Shown: positions 24,901 to 39,745, counted from the stretch's first letter. The stretch: DNA of 64,000 nt from Tubiluchus corallicola (GCA_030141605.1 JAQGDQ010000084.1:186001-250000); one strand, 5' to 3'. The notes: generated by a model not told the origin, from the letters alone. Numbers and translations are program-made.

Positions 24901-26359
24901 TTCATTAAAGATACTAGTTAAACATCTAGGACACAGCAAAAACAAAGTTTACAAGAGACAATTTTAATTAAATCAAATTGTTACATCTCTCTATCTACTA
25001 TGCATGCAAAGAAACGGGTCCATGTTGCAGACACAGTTATGGAAGCTGAATTTCTGGCAAGGCCACAGCTCAGGATCACAGAGTTTGTAAATTTTGGGAT
25101 CAGCCAGAGTCTGTAAATTTATACTGCACTGTAAACATCTGACTGACTCATTTTTAAGCCAACGTGCAGACATAACTACAGGCAAAATTAGAACCGAAAG
25201 CGGCTCTGTCATGAGCTCAGAGGGTATCAGTAGGGAGGAAGAAATTTTTTTCAAAAAAATTTTTTTAAAGCTCTGTGAATATTTAAAGCTGAATCGTGGA
25301 ACATTTAAAACCAGTTGACATGAAAGTTTGTTTATGTTCCACTGGTTAGCAGTAATGTTTTAAATTTTTTCAACGCACGTTTTTCACACCTTTGTTTTCG
25401 GTTTATTCCTTCGTATTACTAAATTATCAAATAAATATACCGTCATTATACTAATTATATACTATCACACCTAGTCTCTTTTTTGTACGTAATTTCGGAT
25501 AATTATGGTATAAGAGGCAACACTTTGACTGTTAATATGCTGATTTGTGGGAAAATACAATACTTTTTAGCCTAAACTATGATAATCACCAATATGACAG
25601 CTGTGGCGTAGCCGTAGAAAAACATGGCTATGTCCTCGCCGACAATATCATAATAATTAACGTGTTTTACATTTTAACTTAAAAAAATACAATTTTGTGT
25701 GACTGTGTCAGGTAAGTACGTGAGCATGGACAAAAATTATCAAATTCCCAGGCGGGTGTGCGATAAAAAAAACAATAACCAGGCGACTCAACGGAAGTAT
25801 TTTCATTGTCGCCCGAAGTCGAAGTCGGGTGCATTTGCAGTTTAGGTGGTTCACTGTTTATCTCCTCACCAATAAGTGATTAAAGAAAAAATCTACGAGA
25901 GATGACAGCATTGTGCATAGGAGCTAGACTTTCAACTCAGGACTCAATTCCATTAGTTCAGGAGCAGACTGACTGCACAGGCTGACAGACTAATGGAATT
26001 GAAGAACTTCTGCTTCCTCTGTTACTTGCTGGCCTGTCCCACAGGCAGTACCCCCACACGAAAGCCTGCACTTCCTGCACTTCTGCTGCTTAACTGCTAG
26101 AACAGACAGAACTTTATCAGATTTCTGACTTCCATGGCTTTCAGCATTCAACTCCCTCATCACTACACTGCATACAGATAAAAGAGATGCAAAAAGACGC
26201 AATTCTGGCACTTCCACAGCTTCCGTCACTTGCAGGCACGACCTCCATGCCAACCAGCAGTTCCGTCACTTGCTGGTATCACCCCTGCCAGAAGGCACTT
26301 CTGTCACTTTACCAGCTGATTGACTCTGTAGACTGATAGAAGTGAAGGAATTCTGGCAC

Positions 26360-27132
26360 TTCTGACACTTGCAGGCGCTACCCCTATGCCAGTAAGCACT
26401 TTCGACACTTGAAGGTACTACCCCTATGCCAGGAAGAACTTCCGACACTTGCAGGCACTACCCCTATGACAGGAAGCACTTCCGACACTAGCAGGCACTA
26501 CCCCTATGCCAGGAAGCACTTCCGACACTTGCAGGCACTTCCGACACTTGCAGGCACTACCCTATGCCAAGAATCCCTTCCGACACTTGCAGGCACTACC
26601 CCTATGCCGGGAAGCACTTCTGACACTTGCAGGTACTACCCCTATGCCAGGAAGCACTTCTGACACTTGCAGGCACTACCCCTATGCCAGGAAGCACTTC
26701 CAACACTTGAAGGTACTACCCCTATGCCAGGAAGAACTTCCGACACTTGCAGGCGCTACTCCTATGCCGGGAAGAACTTCCGACAGTTGTTGGCGCTACC
26801 CCTATGCTAGGAATCACTTCCGACACTTGCAGGCACTACCCCTATGCCAAGAATCCCTTCCGACACTTGCAGGCACTACCTCTATGCCGGGAAGCACTTC
26901 CGACACTTGCAGGTACTACCCCTATGCCAGGAAGCACTTCCGACACTTGCAGGCACTACCCCTATGCCAGGAAGCACTTCCGACACTTGCAGGCACTACC
27001 CCTATGCCAGGAAGCACTTCTGTCACTTCCATTACTTTAGCAGCTGATTGACTCTGCAGACTGATAGAAGTGACGGAATTCTGGCACTTCCGACACTTGC
27101 AGGCACCACCCCTATGCCAGGAAGCACTTCTG
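26360..27132. repeat. 40-bp GC-rich minisatellite, about 18 copies
   Basis: ccgacacttgcaggcactacccctatgccaggaagcactt; period of 40 is clear at 26821-26981. Confidence 0.95.
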
Positions 27133-27966
27133 TCAGATTTTGCAACACTTCTAGTGCTTTCAGCAGTCAACGCTCTCCGCACAACACTGACTGAATTTCA
27201 TTAACATCTGTTACTTTAGCACCTGCCACACTGTCAGCCATTTGTCTCAATTAATCCTAAATCAACCTAGTGTAGTTTTCACCCTGAAGCAGAAATTACT
27301 ATAAAGAAAGAGAACTTTGTTGGTTTCCACCTTGAAGCAGAAATTGCTATAAAGAAAGAGAACTTTGTTGGTTTTGAACCAGGCAACAAAAAACAAGAGA
27401 TTTTTTATATATTGTAAATTACTTATTAGATTTTGTCAGTCATCTAAGTGTAGTTTAGTACACTAGTAGTAAAACTACAGCATGAAAAAACTTTAAGTTG
27501 TATAACAACTCTTCAGAAAGTAAATAAAAAATTGCAGATTTCGTGAAATATTATTTTAAAAGACAATGTTTATGTCAGTATGTTTTTGTAAATGCACAAG
27601 TTTGGCATTTTGTTGTATGGTAATCAAATAATGACAGATGCAGAACAGAAACAGCTATTAATGCTTGTTTATTTTTTTGCACATAACACCGTATTACAGA
27701 TACATTTACAAAACATTATTGATAGGACTTGTTACTACAAATTATTGTACTAAAAATCTGACAAAAAGAATTCTTAATCAACCTAGTGTTAATTTTACAG
27801 TAATAGTAAAGTTCAGGATCAACAACTTCTACCTTTCAGAAGGTTTTTAAATATCTGCAAAAATTCTGAATTGTTATTTACAAAGGTATGTTTAAGACTG
27901 TATGTTTTTGTAAATGCCCAAGTCTAGTATTTTGCTGTATTTTTATCAAGTAACACCGAGTCATTG

Positions 27967-28459
27967 CAGGAATGAGAATGACAAATTGCAAAGACCTCTG
28001 AAACAGGCCGGAGGTTTTAGTGCCTCGTAGGCAGCAACAAATTGCAATTTTGTGGCCATAGAGAACCTCTAAGTGGACTTAAAATATCAATTACCTTGTT
28101 TAGGTAATATCAATTACCTAATTTAAAACACACAACTATCAAGGATACACGATACCCAATTGTCTCAAAAATGCCAAAGTACTGGCCGCTCCTATGGAAA
28201 AGTATAAGAAAACTGTCTGCAATTGACTCAAATAACTCTGCAAAATTGATTCTATATTTTTATACATAGAGACATACACGTGGTTACACTGATGTACGTG
28301 ATGTAAACAAAGTGACAACTAGCGGTCAGTTTGTAAAACAATGCACTGGGTCCGTAAAAATTTTCTCAATGAATTTACGCGATTTATAAAAATGGCACTA
28401 CTGTACTGGTCTTCCAAAAACTCGCAATTCCGCGTATCCACGGGAAATTCTCATCCCTG
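27967..28459 (+). mobile_element. hAT-like MITE family D
   Basis: TIRs; TSD tcattg. Confidence 0.85.
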
Positions 28460-29226
28460 TCATTGACAACGTTGCTGGCAGACAAAAAGTGGCTTGAAAT
28501 TTTAGTGTAGTATCAGTGAACGAGAAAAGCACAATAGTAATACTGTTAGAAACATAAATATTATTAAAAATTAAAATGCGATATAAGAAAATTAATGCAA
28601 ACTTGCCCAGAAAGTGAGTTGAACTATGGTGTTAATAAAAACAAAGACAAACGCATGTTTTAGAAATACTTATTTATATATCTTAAGATTGAGGAAGATG
28701 TTAATTTACAGCGGAAATGTTAAAACATCCAGGGTGACCTTAAATGTAAAAGTAGAATAAAAAAACCGATTAGAAAAAAACAAAAGTGAGATTTGGCTGA
28801 AACGAAGTTATTAAAACTAAATGCAAATTAAAGTTGTATCTGCATCTATTTTCTTACATAAAGGACTTTTGTGACCATGCTCGTACTGCCTATTTTTTAA
28901 TTCTATTAAACCCAAAAATTTGATGATCTGTTTTCAGCATCTGATTTTACAGTATAGGATGTGTTTTTAGTTTGTTACCATGGTTACCATTGTTACCACG
29001 TACTGTAAGGTCAGTAGTTTATGATTTCAGTTTAAGCACTACAATGAATTGACGGAACCTTTATCTCATGTTATCTTTATCAGTTAATATAGTCTTTTGG
29101 CTTAGCACTGCAATATTTATCTTTCATCACATGTGACGATAGTAGCAATGTTAACGTATTGATCACAAGCAAAAAAGACTGTTTCACCAACAATTAACGA
29201 TTAGTTATATTTTTCTGTGTTGACTC

Positions 29227-29757
29227 CAGGGATGAGAATTTTCTACGGACACACAGAATTCCGAGTTTTTGGAAGACCAGTAGTGCCATTTTTGTAAATC
29301 GCGTAAATTCTTTGACAAAATTTTTACAGACCCAGTACATTATTTCACAAGCTGACTGCTAGTTGGCAGGCCGTCACTTTGTTTACATTGCATACATCAG
29401 TGTGACCACATGTATATCTCTATGTATAAAAATATAGAATCAGTTGTGTGGAGTTATTTGAGTCAATTGCAGACAGTTTTTATATACTTTTGCATAGGAG
29501 CGGCCAGTACTTAGGCATTTTTGAGACAATTAGGTATCATATATCCTTGATAGTTGGGTATTTTAAATTATGCATAAGACAAGGTAATTGATATTTTAAG
29601 TCCACTTAGAGGCTCTCTATGGTCACAAAATTGTAATTTGTTCCTGGCCCCAAGGGGGTTTCGCCCCCCCCCCCCCCGAACTCCCATGGGTGCCTACGCA
29701 GCCCTCAAACCTCCGACCTGTTTCAGAGTTCTTTGCAATTTGTCATTCTCATCTCTG
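29227..29757 (-). mobile_element. hAT-like MITE family D
   Basis: TIRs; flanks gttgactc/gttcactc. Confidence 0.85.
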
Positions 29758-30092
29758 GTTCACTCTATCACTGTTCTATCGATACAAATTATCTGATATT
29801 ACAATCTGATTTTTGTTTGTGCATTCCTAGCTACTTCTGTAAGAGATATGAGGCCAAATCCAGGTAAAGTCATAAGTAAAAAAGTCAGGAAAAGAGGCAC
29901 ACAAAATGAATAACCTTAACCCTAATCTTAACCCAAGCTAAAATTAATTAGCACTGCTTTCCTAGCCAAAATAATGGCTTTCCTCAAAGCTTCATTAGTG
30001 TTTATCAGTGCCATGTTACGAAGTAATGGGCCTGCATCATTGCATTCAAAATTCCATGCTGGAGTGCCATTGTTATAAAAGCAGCTTTGCTG

Positions 30093-30189
30093 CTCTCTGT
30101 CTTTCTCTCTGCCTCTCCCCCCTCCCACCCCTCTCCCTCTCTTAGCATCTTTCTCTCCCCCTCTCTCTCTCTCTCTTTCTCTCTCTCTC
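30093..30189. repeat. CT-rich microsatellite
   Basis: (ct)n with interruptions. Confidence 0.9.
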
Positions 30190-33100
30190 ATTGTTACCAT
30201 TTTAAGTTACCTTTTCTATGAATTGAATTTACTTTGTCAAAAATGACTTTATAAGGTTTATTACCTAACTTCAATAAATTCTGTGGTATTTTCTGTGAAT
30301 CATATTTTGTATCAAATGATAGTTCTGGAAAAAAATTCTGGGACTTTGCTATTCTGGGAAAAATATTTTCTGACAACGAGGCTACGCCTGAGCTTTAGAT
30401 ACGCGCAGGCACATGTTTCACATTCACTTCCTCAATACAGCGGACAAACATGGAGCTTTCAGTCACTACTGGGAAAGGGTGTCACTTGACCAGTGCTGCT
30501 TGATCACACAAGTAAACAAGCAGCTTAAACAAACAGACACTTTCAACAAAGCTTCAAGCGTGGAAATGGTATGCCCTATTTCGCACTAGTGCTCCAAATA
30601 GATTTTACTCCATAGGAGTACTTAATATGGTTTTTTCAGCTGATTTTTTTTTGCAGTGCATGAATGCTGAATATAAAATCCCAGAGAAACTATTTACCTT
30701 TTTTCTCAAGTTTTCATTTATTTTCAAGATTTTCAGTTAAAGCTGACTTTTGATTTTTCAAAGTTACTATACTTCATCATTTTATTTATAATTCGATAAT
30801 TAATAATGACTGTGTATGCTAGAAATTAATAGAGTTTATTCCTCAACAACTGTTAACCTAATTACTGTATTTTATCATCTCTTCCAGTTGTATTTTCTAA
30901 AATTAAATATTTAAAATAAAAATGATGGAGCCCTCAATATTCCATTCCTAGACGATTTTTTTCCAGCCCTACTGCCCACTGTCTGTATCAGCAGACGGTC
31001 GCTTCTATTTTCGGGAGAGGGGTGGGAAGGCTGGGCTTCGTAACTTGTTTAGTCACTTAAAACTGCCGCTAGAGTTCACCAGTAAACACAGAAGTTACAA
31101 AATGCCAACATCAAATGCTCTGTGGTACAATGCACCTTTAATTTTACAGTGAATTTCAAAACATTATTTGTTTTACAGCATGTTATCTAGTGGCACCAGC
31201 AGGGAATAAAAACAGTTTATTTTGTGCAGACGCGGAAATGAAAATATTACAGTAAAACGCTTAATCTTCGATCATTTTCGCGACGATGACACCAACTTTT
31301 GAAAAATTAACTTTTTCAAAAATATGTCGTAGATCACCACTTTCTTTACACCAGCGTGCAGATAAAGGATGCATCTTTCTGTTGGAACCTTGCTTTCAGT
31401 GATATTATTGATTTATGCGATGCGAGAGTGTGTTAAAAAAGAACCACCTAGACTGCAAGCTACTCCAGAGATGATATTTTAAAAACACCTAAAATCGAGA
31501 GTCAGAGGCAACATAAATTTGGGGTCAATCCCCCAATCCTGGACAGAATGGTGCTTTAGTTAGCAACCAAAATAGTGGCTTGCATGAATAAGCAGAAAAA
31601 ATTGACTTTAATCAAAATTTGCCAAATCTGACAAACACCGTATTCACCACTATCATCATCATCATATGACTATCATGTAAACACTGGGCAGGCAGAATTA
31701 TAAAATAAAACAAACCTGCCCTCAAGACAAGTAAACACAGCAGAAAGCCAGCAAAAGAATTAGATACTACAGTAGCCTGTCAACAACCTTTCGCATTAAA
31801 CTGTGCACTTCAAACAGCAATCTTCATGTTGTTAGTTAGTAAGCTCATGACAAGCACGTAAGAAAGGAGGGCAAAATTAAATAGGCTAAATATATATTTA
31901 AACTCATCACGACAGCCAACTTGAAAACGGGGTCAACATTAATATTTACTAAGTTTTATGCAACGCTGATACTGTGTGATAGTGTCAATTAAACCGGCAA
32001 AAATCATTTTAAATGCATTTTCATTAAGCATGTCGCAATTTAAGTATTATTTACCAATATATAAAACTACAATCAGTACATACGAGTATAAACATGTCAC
32101 GTGAGTTACGGTTACGATTATTGACTTATTAATTGCACTAAATTCGCCGACAGCTTCTACCACATTAATTCAACGCACAAAAAAGGTTAAGCTGACCAAT
32201 GACCATCTATCACGATCGCTATCTATGATCACTAATCCGTGTCTAACGCAAAATATCGCAATAGTTTTATGAACTGGGTTATCTATGGTTAAAACGTTTA
32301 AATCATAGATAAATAGCCGCCAATCTCCATAGTCAGTGAAATTTGCCACATACGTGTATTATCTATTAAACTCATAGAAAAAATAATGACTGTCTATGTG
32401 TAAATCATCATACTGGGCACTGGGCAGTTGGGGTGAGTTTTCTCTAACAGAAATCGAACTCGAATCGAATTCGTAACTTTCGAAATCGAAACAAACCGAA
32501 TTTCAGAATTTCGAATTCCAATTGAGTTTAAAAAAATTTCAAACAATTTTTAAACCTTCAGTAAAAAGCGGTTTTACTAAGATCTTACATAGGCCCTATT
32601 ATTCAATTTGTTTTGCATTAAAACCCCTAGTAATTAGCTTAGAAATCTTACACAAAAATATTTGCCAAAATTGTACTAATTGCACGATATCTAAAAGACT
32701 TTAATGACAAAAGAACGTATGTGGTTAAAGTGCTAAATTATTCGAACCTATAATTTTAGGTTTGAATCGAATTCGAATAAAAAAACTGCAGAATTAGTTT
32801 GAGGAAATTGCCCTCAAGAGTCAACACAGGTTAACAAAGCAATAATCCAGCAAAAAACACAACTATGCCAGTTGCTTGTCAACACCACTTTCCAGCAATT
32901 TACCATGTTGTTAAAGTACTAGATTAATTATTCGTGAAACTAGCTGCTCGAAAGTATTTTTGGTAGAAAAGAAATTAAACATAAGATAAAACCGTTCTTG
33001 CGAAATAAAATTTATTGTGCCGCATAAAGCTGAAGGATGGCTGTGACCTGTTAGTGTTACGCTTTCGTGTTTTTATCAGTAATTAACGCCTATATCATTT

Positions 33101-34356
33101 GATTAAAAGTGAGAAGTGTAAAAAATAAAGATTCTTACTACTACTGGTTTGCCGAGATGGGAATTCATAAATTTCCAGGTCATTCGGTTAAGAGGTTTAT
33201 AATATTACAACAGAAATTGAGGTAGGATTATTAAGTTTAGTTTTAAAGGCGAGTAACTAGTTGCTGAGTCACTGTCTAGGGCTGTAAGCCAACTATTTGC
33301 GCCTTGAACAATAAATTCTACGAATCCGAAAAAAGTAACGAAAAGTACATATTTTATTGCCAGAAATATCCACTTTGTTAGCACTAAATAACACTTATTA
33401 CTAAAAATTGTTCCAGGATGCTATCACTGTATGTCTTAAATTCTGTAGATCTGTACCAGCACACGGTATTATGAACTTAAGCCGGTACTCTCTAATAACG
33501 TGGCTGTTTAGAGTGAATACGTTTTTTTCTTTATTGATTTGTAGTTGTTTACAACGTTCTCATCCTGAAATTTTTCACATCTTTATCACTGTCAAGAGAA
33601 TGCACATCTTTCTTTAACCATGGGGACTAAGCTGGGCTATTAGTTTTCAGAATTGGCCTCACAATAGCTTTATACTGTGTATATGTTTGCATCGCATATT
33701 CACAGTCTTTTAAAATTGTAAATTTTTGGTTATTTAAATTATAATATTCTACAATATTGCGTTTCCCATCAGTTAATTGCCAATTACACGCGTCAACAGA
33801 ATACAAATTTAAATTGAAAACTGTGCCAAAATTAATTTTACTTAATCGTAGTTATTTAAGGGTGGCTGACTAGATAACCTATGTGTTCTTTGCTGCCCTT
33901 CTCCTTTGTTACATAATATTGCATGTATTCCTAATACTGCATTTTGTTAATTCTTGAGGAGTTAATAAATAAATTGAATTGAGTTAAATATAGAAGAATT
34001 TGATCATTGCAGTTGATTTATCACTTATTCATGTATTAATTGTTGACAAGGGAATTCTTCTTCTTATTATTATTGTAATTATTATAACTATATTTCGTTT
34101 TCCTACTTATAGCGCATAACAGTTATAAAGATAATAATGCAAATTGCATGGAAAAAATGCAATAATAATAATAAATTACTATTACAAATTACAAGCTTTC
34201 TTACAAAGTGTTTCAGTGTGTTTAGAAAGTGTTAAATCAGATCATATAGTAATACCAAGATCTTTTTGTTCATTCACCAACCTTTTGAGTTGGTTATTGA
34301 CAGCACATGTGTAATCAACCGCTTTCTTTTTAAACCCATTATCTATACACGTAAGA

Positions 34357-34878
34357 CATTACCCAACAAGATTTAACAAGTTTCGTATTAAGTATTGCAG
34401 GACTGACACAGCAAGACACTTCATCACTAACACTGGCCCTAGACTTTGGAATAACATCAACGAATACATAAAAAATTCTTTATCTATAAATAACTTCAAA
34501 AGAACTTTCAAAACTTAAATCTTTTCTAATTATACAGAATAAATCAATTTGATTAACTACACTTCTGTCCCTGTCGGAATCCATTGTGTTGCTGGCTCTG
34601 TCAATTTTTAAATTTCTATTGTTCACGTCACTTCATACAGATACCATCACATCTTTCTCCTCTTTCTATTCTCTATTAGCCTTTCTTTCTACTCCTTTAC
34701 TGCTTTTTTCTATTACACTCAGTCCACATTCATTTGGGATGCTCTGAACAAGTAATTACTTCTTGAGTACCCCACGGGTCATTTGCGGCTTGGCATCTTG
34801 TGTACATAATAATATGCTATTAAATACTTTTATGTACAATGCTGTAATGATCATTGTCGATATATTTAATAAATAATA
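34357..34878 (+). mobile_element. 3' fragment of a CR1/L2-group LINE, adjacent to an antisense KDLGI fragment at about 34200-34345
   Basis: HYPTR...RTDTARHFITNTGPRLWNNINEYIKNSLSINNFKRTFK; hairpin and aataaa. Confidence 0.68.
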
Positions 34879-35127
34879 TTACAACGTTACATCGGTTGTG
34901 CACTTATTAGCATTTAGAAATAAAAGTCATTCACTGCACAATGGGCGCAATCTTTTTAGATCTGGTTGTAGGATGTTTTTTTCAAGTTTTGTAATGATTT
35001 CCTTATAAATTTTGCCATTATCCAGAAAAAATTAGGTTACATTCACAATGGAATCAGGTGAATCATTTATACGTAAAATGAATAAAATTGGTGCGTTTAA
35101 GATACCTCCTTGTATAAACTCATCAAC

Positions 35128-35638
35128 CAGGGATGAGAATTTTTAACGGATACGTGGAATTCCAAGTTTTTGGCAGACCAGTAGTGCCATTTTTGTACAT
35201 CGTGTAAATTTGTTGAGAAATTTTTTACGGGCCCCAGTACATTATTTCACAAGCTGACCGCTAGTTGACAGGCCTCACTTTGTTTGCATCACGTACATTA
35301 GTGTAACCAAGTGTATATCTCTATGTATAAAAATATGGAATCAATTGTGCGGAGTTATTTGAGTCAATTGCAGACAGTTTTTATATACTTTTGCATAGGA
35401 GCGGCCAGTACTCAGGCGTTTTTGAGACAATTAGGTAGCGTATAACCTTGACAGTTGGGTATTTTAAATTATGCATGAAATAAGGTAACTGATATTTTAA
35501 GTCCACTTAGAGGCTCTCTATGGTCACAAAATTGCAGTTTGTTGCTGGCTCCTCTTTAACTCCATTGGGGGCCTAGGTGGCCCCAAAACCCCTGGCCTGT
35601 TTCATAGTTTTTTTTACATTTTGTCATTCTCATCCCTG
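35128..35638 (-). mobile_element. hAT-like MITE family D
   Basis: TIRs; TSD atcaac. Confidence 0.85.
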
Positions 35639-36467
35639 ATCAACTCATAGTGAGTTGTAGGCCTAATGACACTGTAATGAGTGTATTTTACTTCTCCACA
35701 TCGGTGTTTAGCCCGATGTGGAGAATGATTGTAATTGAGATCGTTACTTTTACTCTAGAAAAGCATTTGTTGTGTGAAAACGAACTTTCAGTGCGCTATA
35801 TGAAATCTGAGTTAAAGGATATTGATTTATCGGATTAGTACTTGCCAAATTTTGCTGATGATTGTCAAAAGGTCAAAGATTATGTGTACCAGACAACACA
35901 CTTGTGTACACTTGACAAAGCCTCGCAGTCTATGTTGTAATATAACAATTTTAACAGCTAGCTAGAACCTTACCTAGTTCATTTTTTCTTGTTCCCAAGC
36001 AAGATCCTCCTAGTAAATCACTCTATGCACACAGTAATGCATAATTAAGTAAAGTCCGCGTAAAGCAACTAAAGTTGCTAAACTAATGCGGCAGAGGGCT
36101 TTGCTTTACACACGTCCGGTGACATTGTAGTTAAGATGTGTTGCTGCGGTACACTTAACTTTTGACCTGCAGCAGCTGCGCGTGCGCACAACAAAATTGT
36201 GAAACGGCTTATTAATGCAGTGAAAGACTAAAGCCATGCCTATTGGAAGATAGCTGCATAGTGCAATCTTCGTACATTAAATTTGCTACCCAGTGTTCTG
36301 CTCCTAAAGCCGTGGAATTGACTTTTCGTAAATATTTATAATATGATCGATGACTCACGATTTAAAATCAACATCTGCTATAGCTGTTTGATTGTATGTT
36401 AGTAAATGTACGCATTAAGTCACCATGGATGATCAAATAGGTCAGTGGAAGGACCTATTTACAAATG

Positions 36468-38200
36468 TAGGTAAAAGTGGCACAGGAAAAACATGGCACA
36501 GGAGAAAAATGATGCAAACAAAAAGTAGGTAAAATGGCACAGGTAAAAATGGTGCAAATGGAAAAGTAGATAAAATGGCATAAATTGAAAAGTAGATAAA
36601 ATGGCATGGGTAAAAATGGCATAAATAAAAAAGTAGATAAAATGGCACAGGTAAAAGTGGCACAAATGGAAAAGTAGATAAAATGACATCAATGGAAAAG
36701 TAGATAAAATGTCACAGGTAAAAATGGCATCAATGGAAAAGTAGATAAAATGTCACAGGTAAAAATGGTATAAATGGAAAAGTAGATAAAATGTCACAGA
36801 TAAAAATGGCATATATAAATGGAAAAGTAGATAAAATGTCATAGGTAAAAACAGCACAGGAAAAATGGCAGACTTAGTAAAATATGTATTTATGGTTACA
36901 GTTATTATTTTAATTACTTTTACCTCTGCCAAGGAAGTTATGCTTCAACACAGTTTGTTTGTTTGTTTGTGTATCTCTTTGTCTGGTCATTTTTTTGTCT
37001 GTTTTGGCAGTAAGCTTATTACGCAATACACTAATATTATCTAATAGACTTTCACGAAACCTTGTGAAGAAGGGCGGGTATAGGGTGCCAAAATGGGAAT
37101 CTGTTCTATGGCTCTTTTCGGCAAAACTGAGGCCGAACGCCACATACAAAAAAACATCCGTGAGGCACTTCATGCATGGAGCTCTCAGAGGGAGAGCATT
37201 TTGTGTTTCTTTTTTGCTATCTACACCTGGACAAACAACTACGAGCTAGCTGCAGCACCATTTTCAGAAATTCTGTAAAACCGTGTACCGCTCTCTATAA
37301 CCTTTGCTTATTAATGTGTGTACTGTATAAAGTGACTTATAGATTGTTGTGTTTTGTTTCTCTCGGAAGGCTCGTAGAGAAAACCAGAAAACACTTCGTC
37401 AAATTAAACTAGTTTATTAAGCGAGAATTCTACAACACAAAAGTATGAGGGAACGCGAAATGATTACAGTAAATGTGATAATCGGAAAATAGAAGTATAC
37501 AAGAGAATGTGTGAGTGGCGTCTGTGTCAATCTGTGTGTGTCGCTGTCTCAGCGGCCTGCTTCGCCTTATATAGAGTGCCCGAGAAGCTTCTAGAAGTTT
37601 CTTTCCAGAACATTCTACTCGGTAAGACAATTATTCTAACGGAACATTCTACAATGTTCTATTGAATTCTAATAGATGCCAGCGATCTCCACAACATACA
37701 TAAACATGTAAATACGTATATAATTGTCAGTCTATTCCCATCACCAAAGTTTATGGTTAAAAGGTAGATAAACACTGTGTGGAACATTTGTGCATTATTG
37801 ATTTTAACTTTATTTAACAAACAAATTTTTTGCGAGTCTTTTTCTAGTCTATATTATACTACTACATGTACGTTTTTGTATGTTTGCTTGTGTACCTTTG
37901 TGTAATTTTTTTTAATCAAAAGAATCAGATGAATGAGTTTAGGCTTAATCAGCTTTGGCAGAGATCTACTTGCTACCGAGTGCAATTCTAGTTTTATTAT
38001 AAAAGTGAACTACATCAAAATAACATGCGCCATTTTTCCATGTGACATTTTACCTACTTTTCCATTTGCTCCACTTTTTCCTGTGCCACTCTTCTGTGCC
38101 ATTTTTACTTGTGCCACTCTTCTGTGCCATTTTTACTTGTGCCATTCCCCTGTGCTATTGTTACTTGTGCCGCTCTCCTGTGCCATTTTACCTACTTTTA
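36468..38200. mobile_element. Second copy of the foldback/HINE composite, with a nested solo LTR
   Basis: Collinear with 415-1510; core ends ctaccgagtgcaattctagtt. Confidence 0.7.
37345..37696 (-). mobile_element. Solo LTR, same family
   Basis: TGTTG...CAACA ends, near-identical to 10577-10932; flanks tagat/tacat. Confidence 0.85.
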
Positions 38201-39329
38201 TATACTGCGGGACGATTTTAAACATAATTTTGGGGTGAGTTAGAACACATCGTTTGAAGAGATTGACACCAAGTATAGTTAAGTTGAGGAGTACACGGTT
38301 TCAGTTTTGCTTTTTTCTAAAAGACGAGAACTGAATTCTGGTTAGTTAATCATGTGTGCGCATGTGTGTGTGTGGGTGTGCACGTGCATGTGGGTGCGTG
38401 TGTGAATGTGAATGAGTGTGAGTATCTTTATTGCAAAAATTAGTAATTACACTAGTACAGAGTAAAACAAATTACGTCATATGTAAAATCAGTGTATAAC
38501 CAGTCAGTGACAGACTGATGTGTGTAATTATGTGTGTTAGTCAAGTTAAAAATCATAAGAATCAAAACATTAAAATGCTGCATTACATATCTACAAATTT
38601 GCGTACACGATGACAAATAAAAAAATATGTGAATTAATACGATAATTGTTATTGAGAACATTACAGATTTGATAAATGATCGATTGCATTTTTTACAAAA
38701 TGTTGGGACGTATCTGACTAAGAATAATGTGTGATATATATATATATATATATATATCAAACCAACCAGCTTGCAAATCAAAACTGTCCTTAAGTCTGCA
38801 TAGTTGAAACTACTTTATGATGCTTCAAAGTAGAAAGCAGCAAAAATTTGGTCGAATGTCAATTTTTTATTTTTTGTGAATGTATAGAAATTTTATATTC
38901 TAGCATCAAATTATCAGGAAAAAGTTTCAATAAACACTAAAAATCTAATTTTATAACTCCTTACCCACTTTTCTGTCTAGAAACTAGTATTGCAATTGTA
39001 GAAAAACTTGAATATTCGAACTCCGATTGTAGCTCATGGAAGCAGCCATTTTGCTTCGGATTTTTTCTGTTGACAAGACCATATCTTTGTCAGGAAGAGC
39101 CATCTACTGGATTTAAACATAACTTCAATGTGTTCTTGTAAAGTTCGTAGTACTTTTTCATATGGTTGCTTATTGTTTTGTACAGACATGACAAAAAACA
39201 ATGGCTGACTTTAACAGTGATTTTCTCAAGATTATGTTTTTCAGTGTGCAGCCTGCACCTCAACGTCAACGTCGATTATCTCAGCTTAGAAATAACATAG
39301 AGCAATGAGATGGAGATTCAGGATATGTG

Positions 39330-39745
39330 AATAACTAGAAAAGCTTAATTGCTGTCTTATGGGCAATTTTGCTATGCAAGCACACATATATAACTTATAA
39401 GACTTATGAAACTTGGTGAATTCTAATACTTTTTGATACTTTCTGCCACTGTTTTTGTAACCCAGTTTATTTAAATAATTAGAAAAGGTTAATTACCGAC
39501 TTATGGACGATTTTGCTATGCAAGCATACATATATAACTTATAAGACTTATGAAAGTTGGTGAATTCTAGTACTTTTTGATACTTTCTGCTACTGTTTTT
39601 GTAACCCAGTTTATTTAAATAATTAGAAAAGCTTAATTACCGACTTATGGACGATTTTGCTATGCAAGCATACATATATAACTGATAAGACTTATGAAAG
39701 TTGGTGAATTCTAATACTTCTTGATACTTTTTACTACTGTTTTTT
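39330..39745. repeat. Tandem repeat of about 145-bp units, about 3 copies
   Basis: gaaaagcttaattaccgacttatggacgattttgctatgcaagca...ataagacttatgaaagttggtgaattcta. Confidence 0.9.

Noticed and set aside
26360-27132. CRISPR-like array or repeat-protein gene (ORFs of 84-181 aa)
   Set aside because: Head-to-tail units without unique spacers, no cas genes and a eukaryotic context; the ORFs arise from a stop-free repeat unit.
30190-30215. ATG|gtaaca as the missing ZIP start exon (a similar motif lies near 28975)
   Set aside because: Phase-compatible but unsupported; such motifs are expected by chance in 20 kb.
38350-38420. MRE-like cores
   Set aside because: Embedded in a GT-rich microsatellite where they arise trivially.
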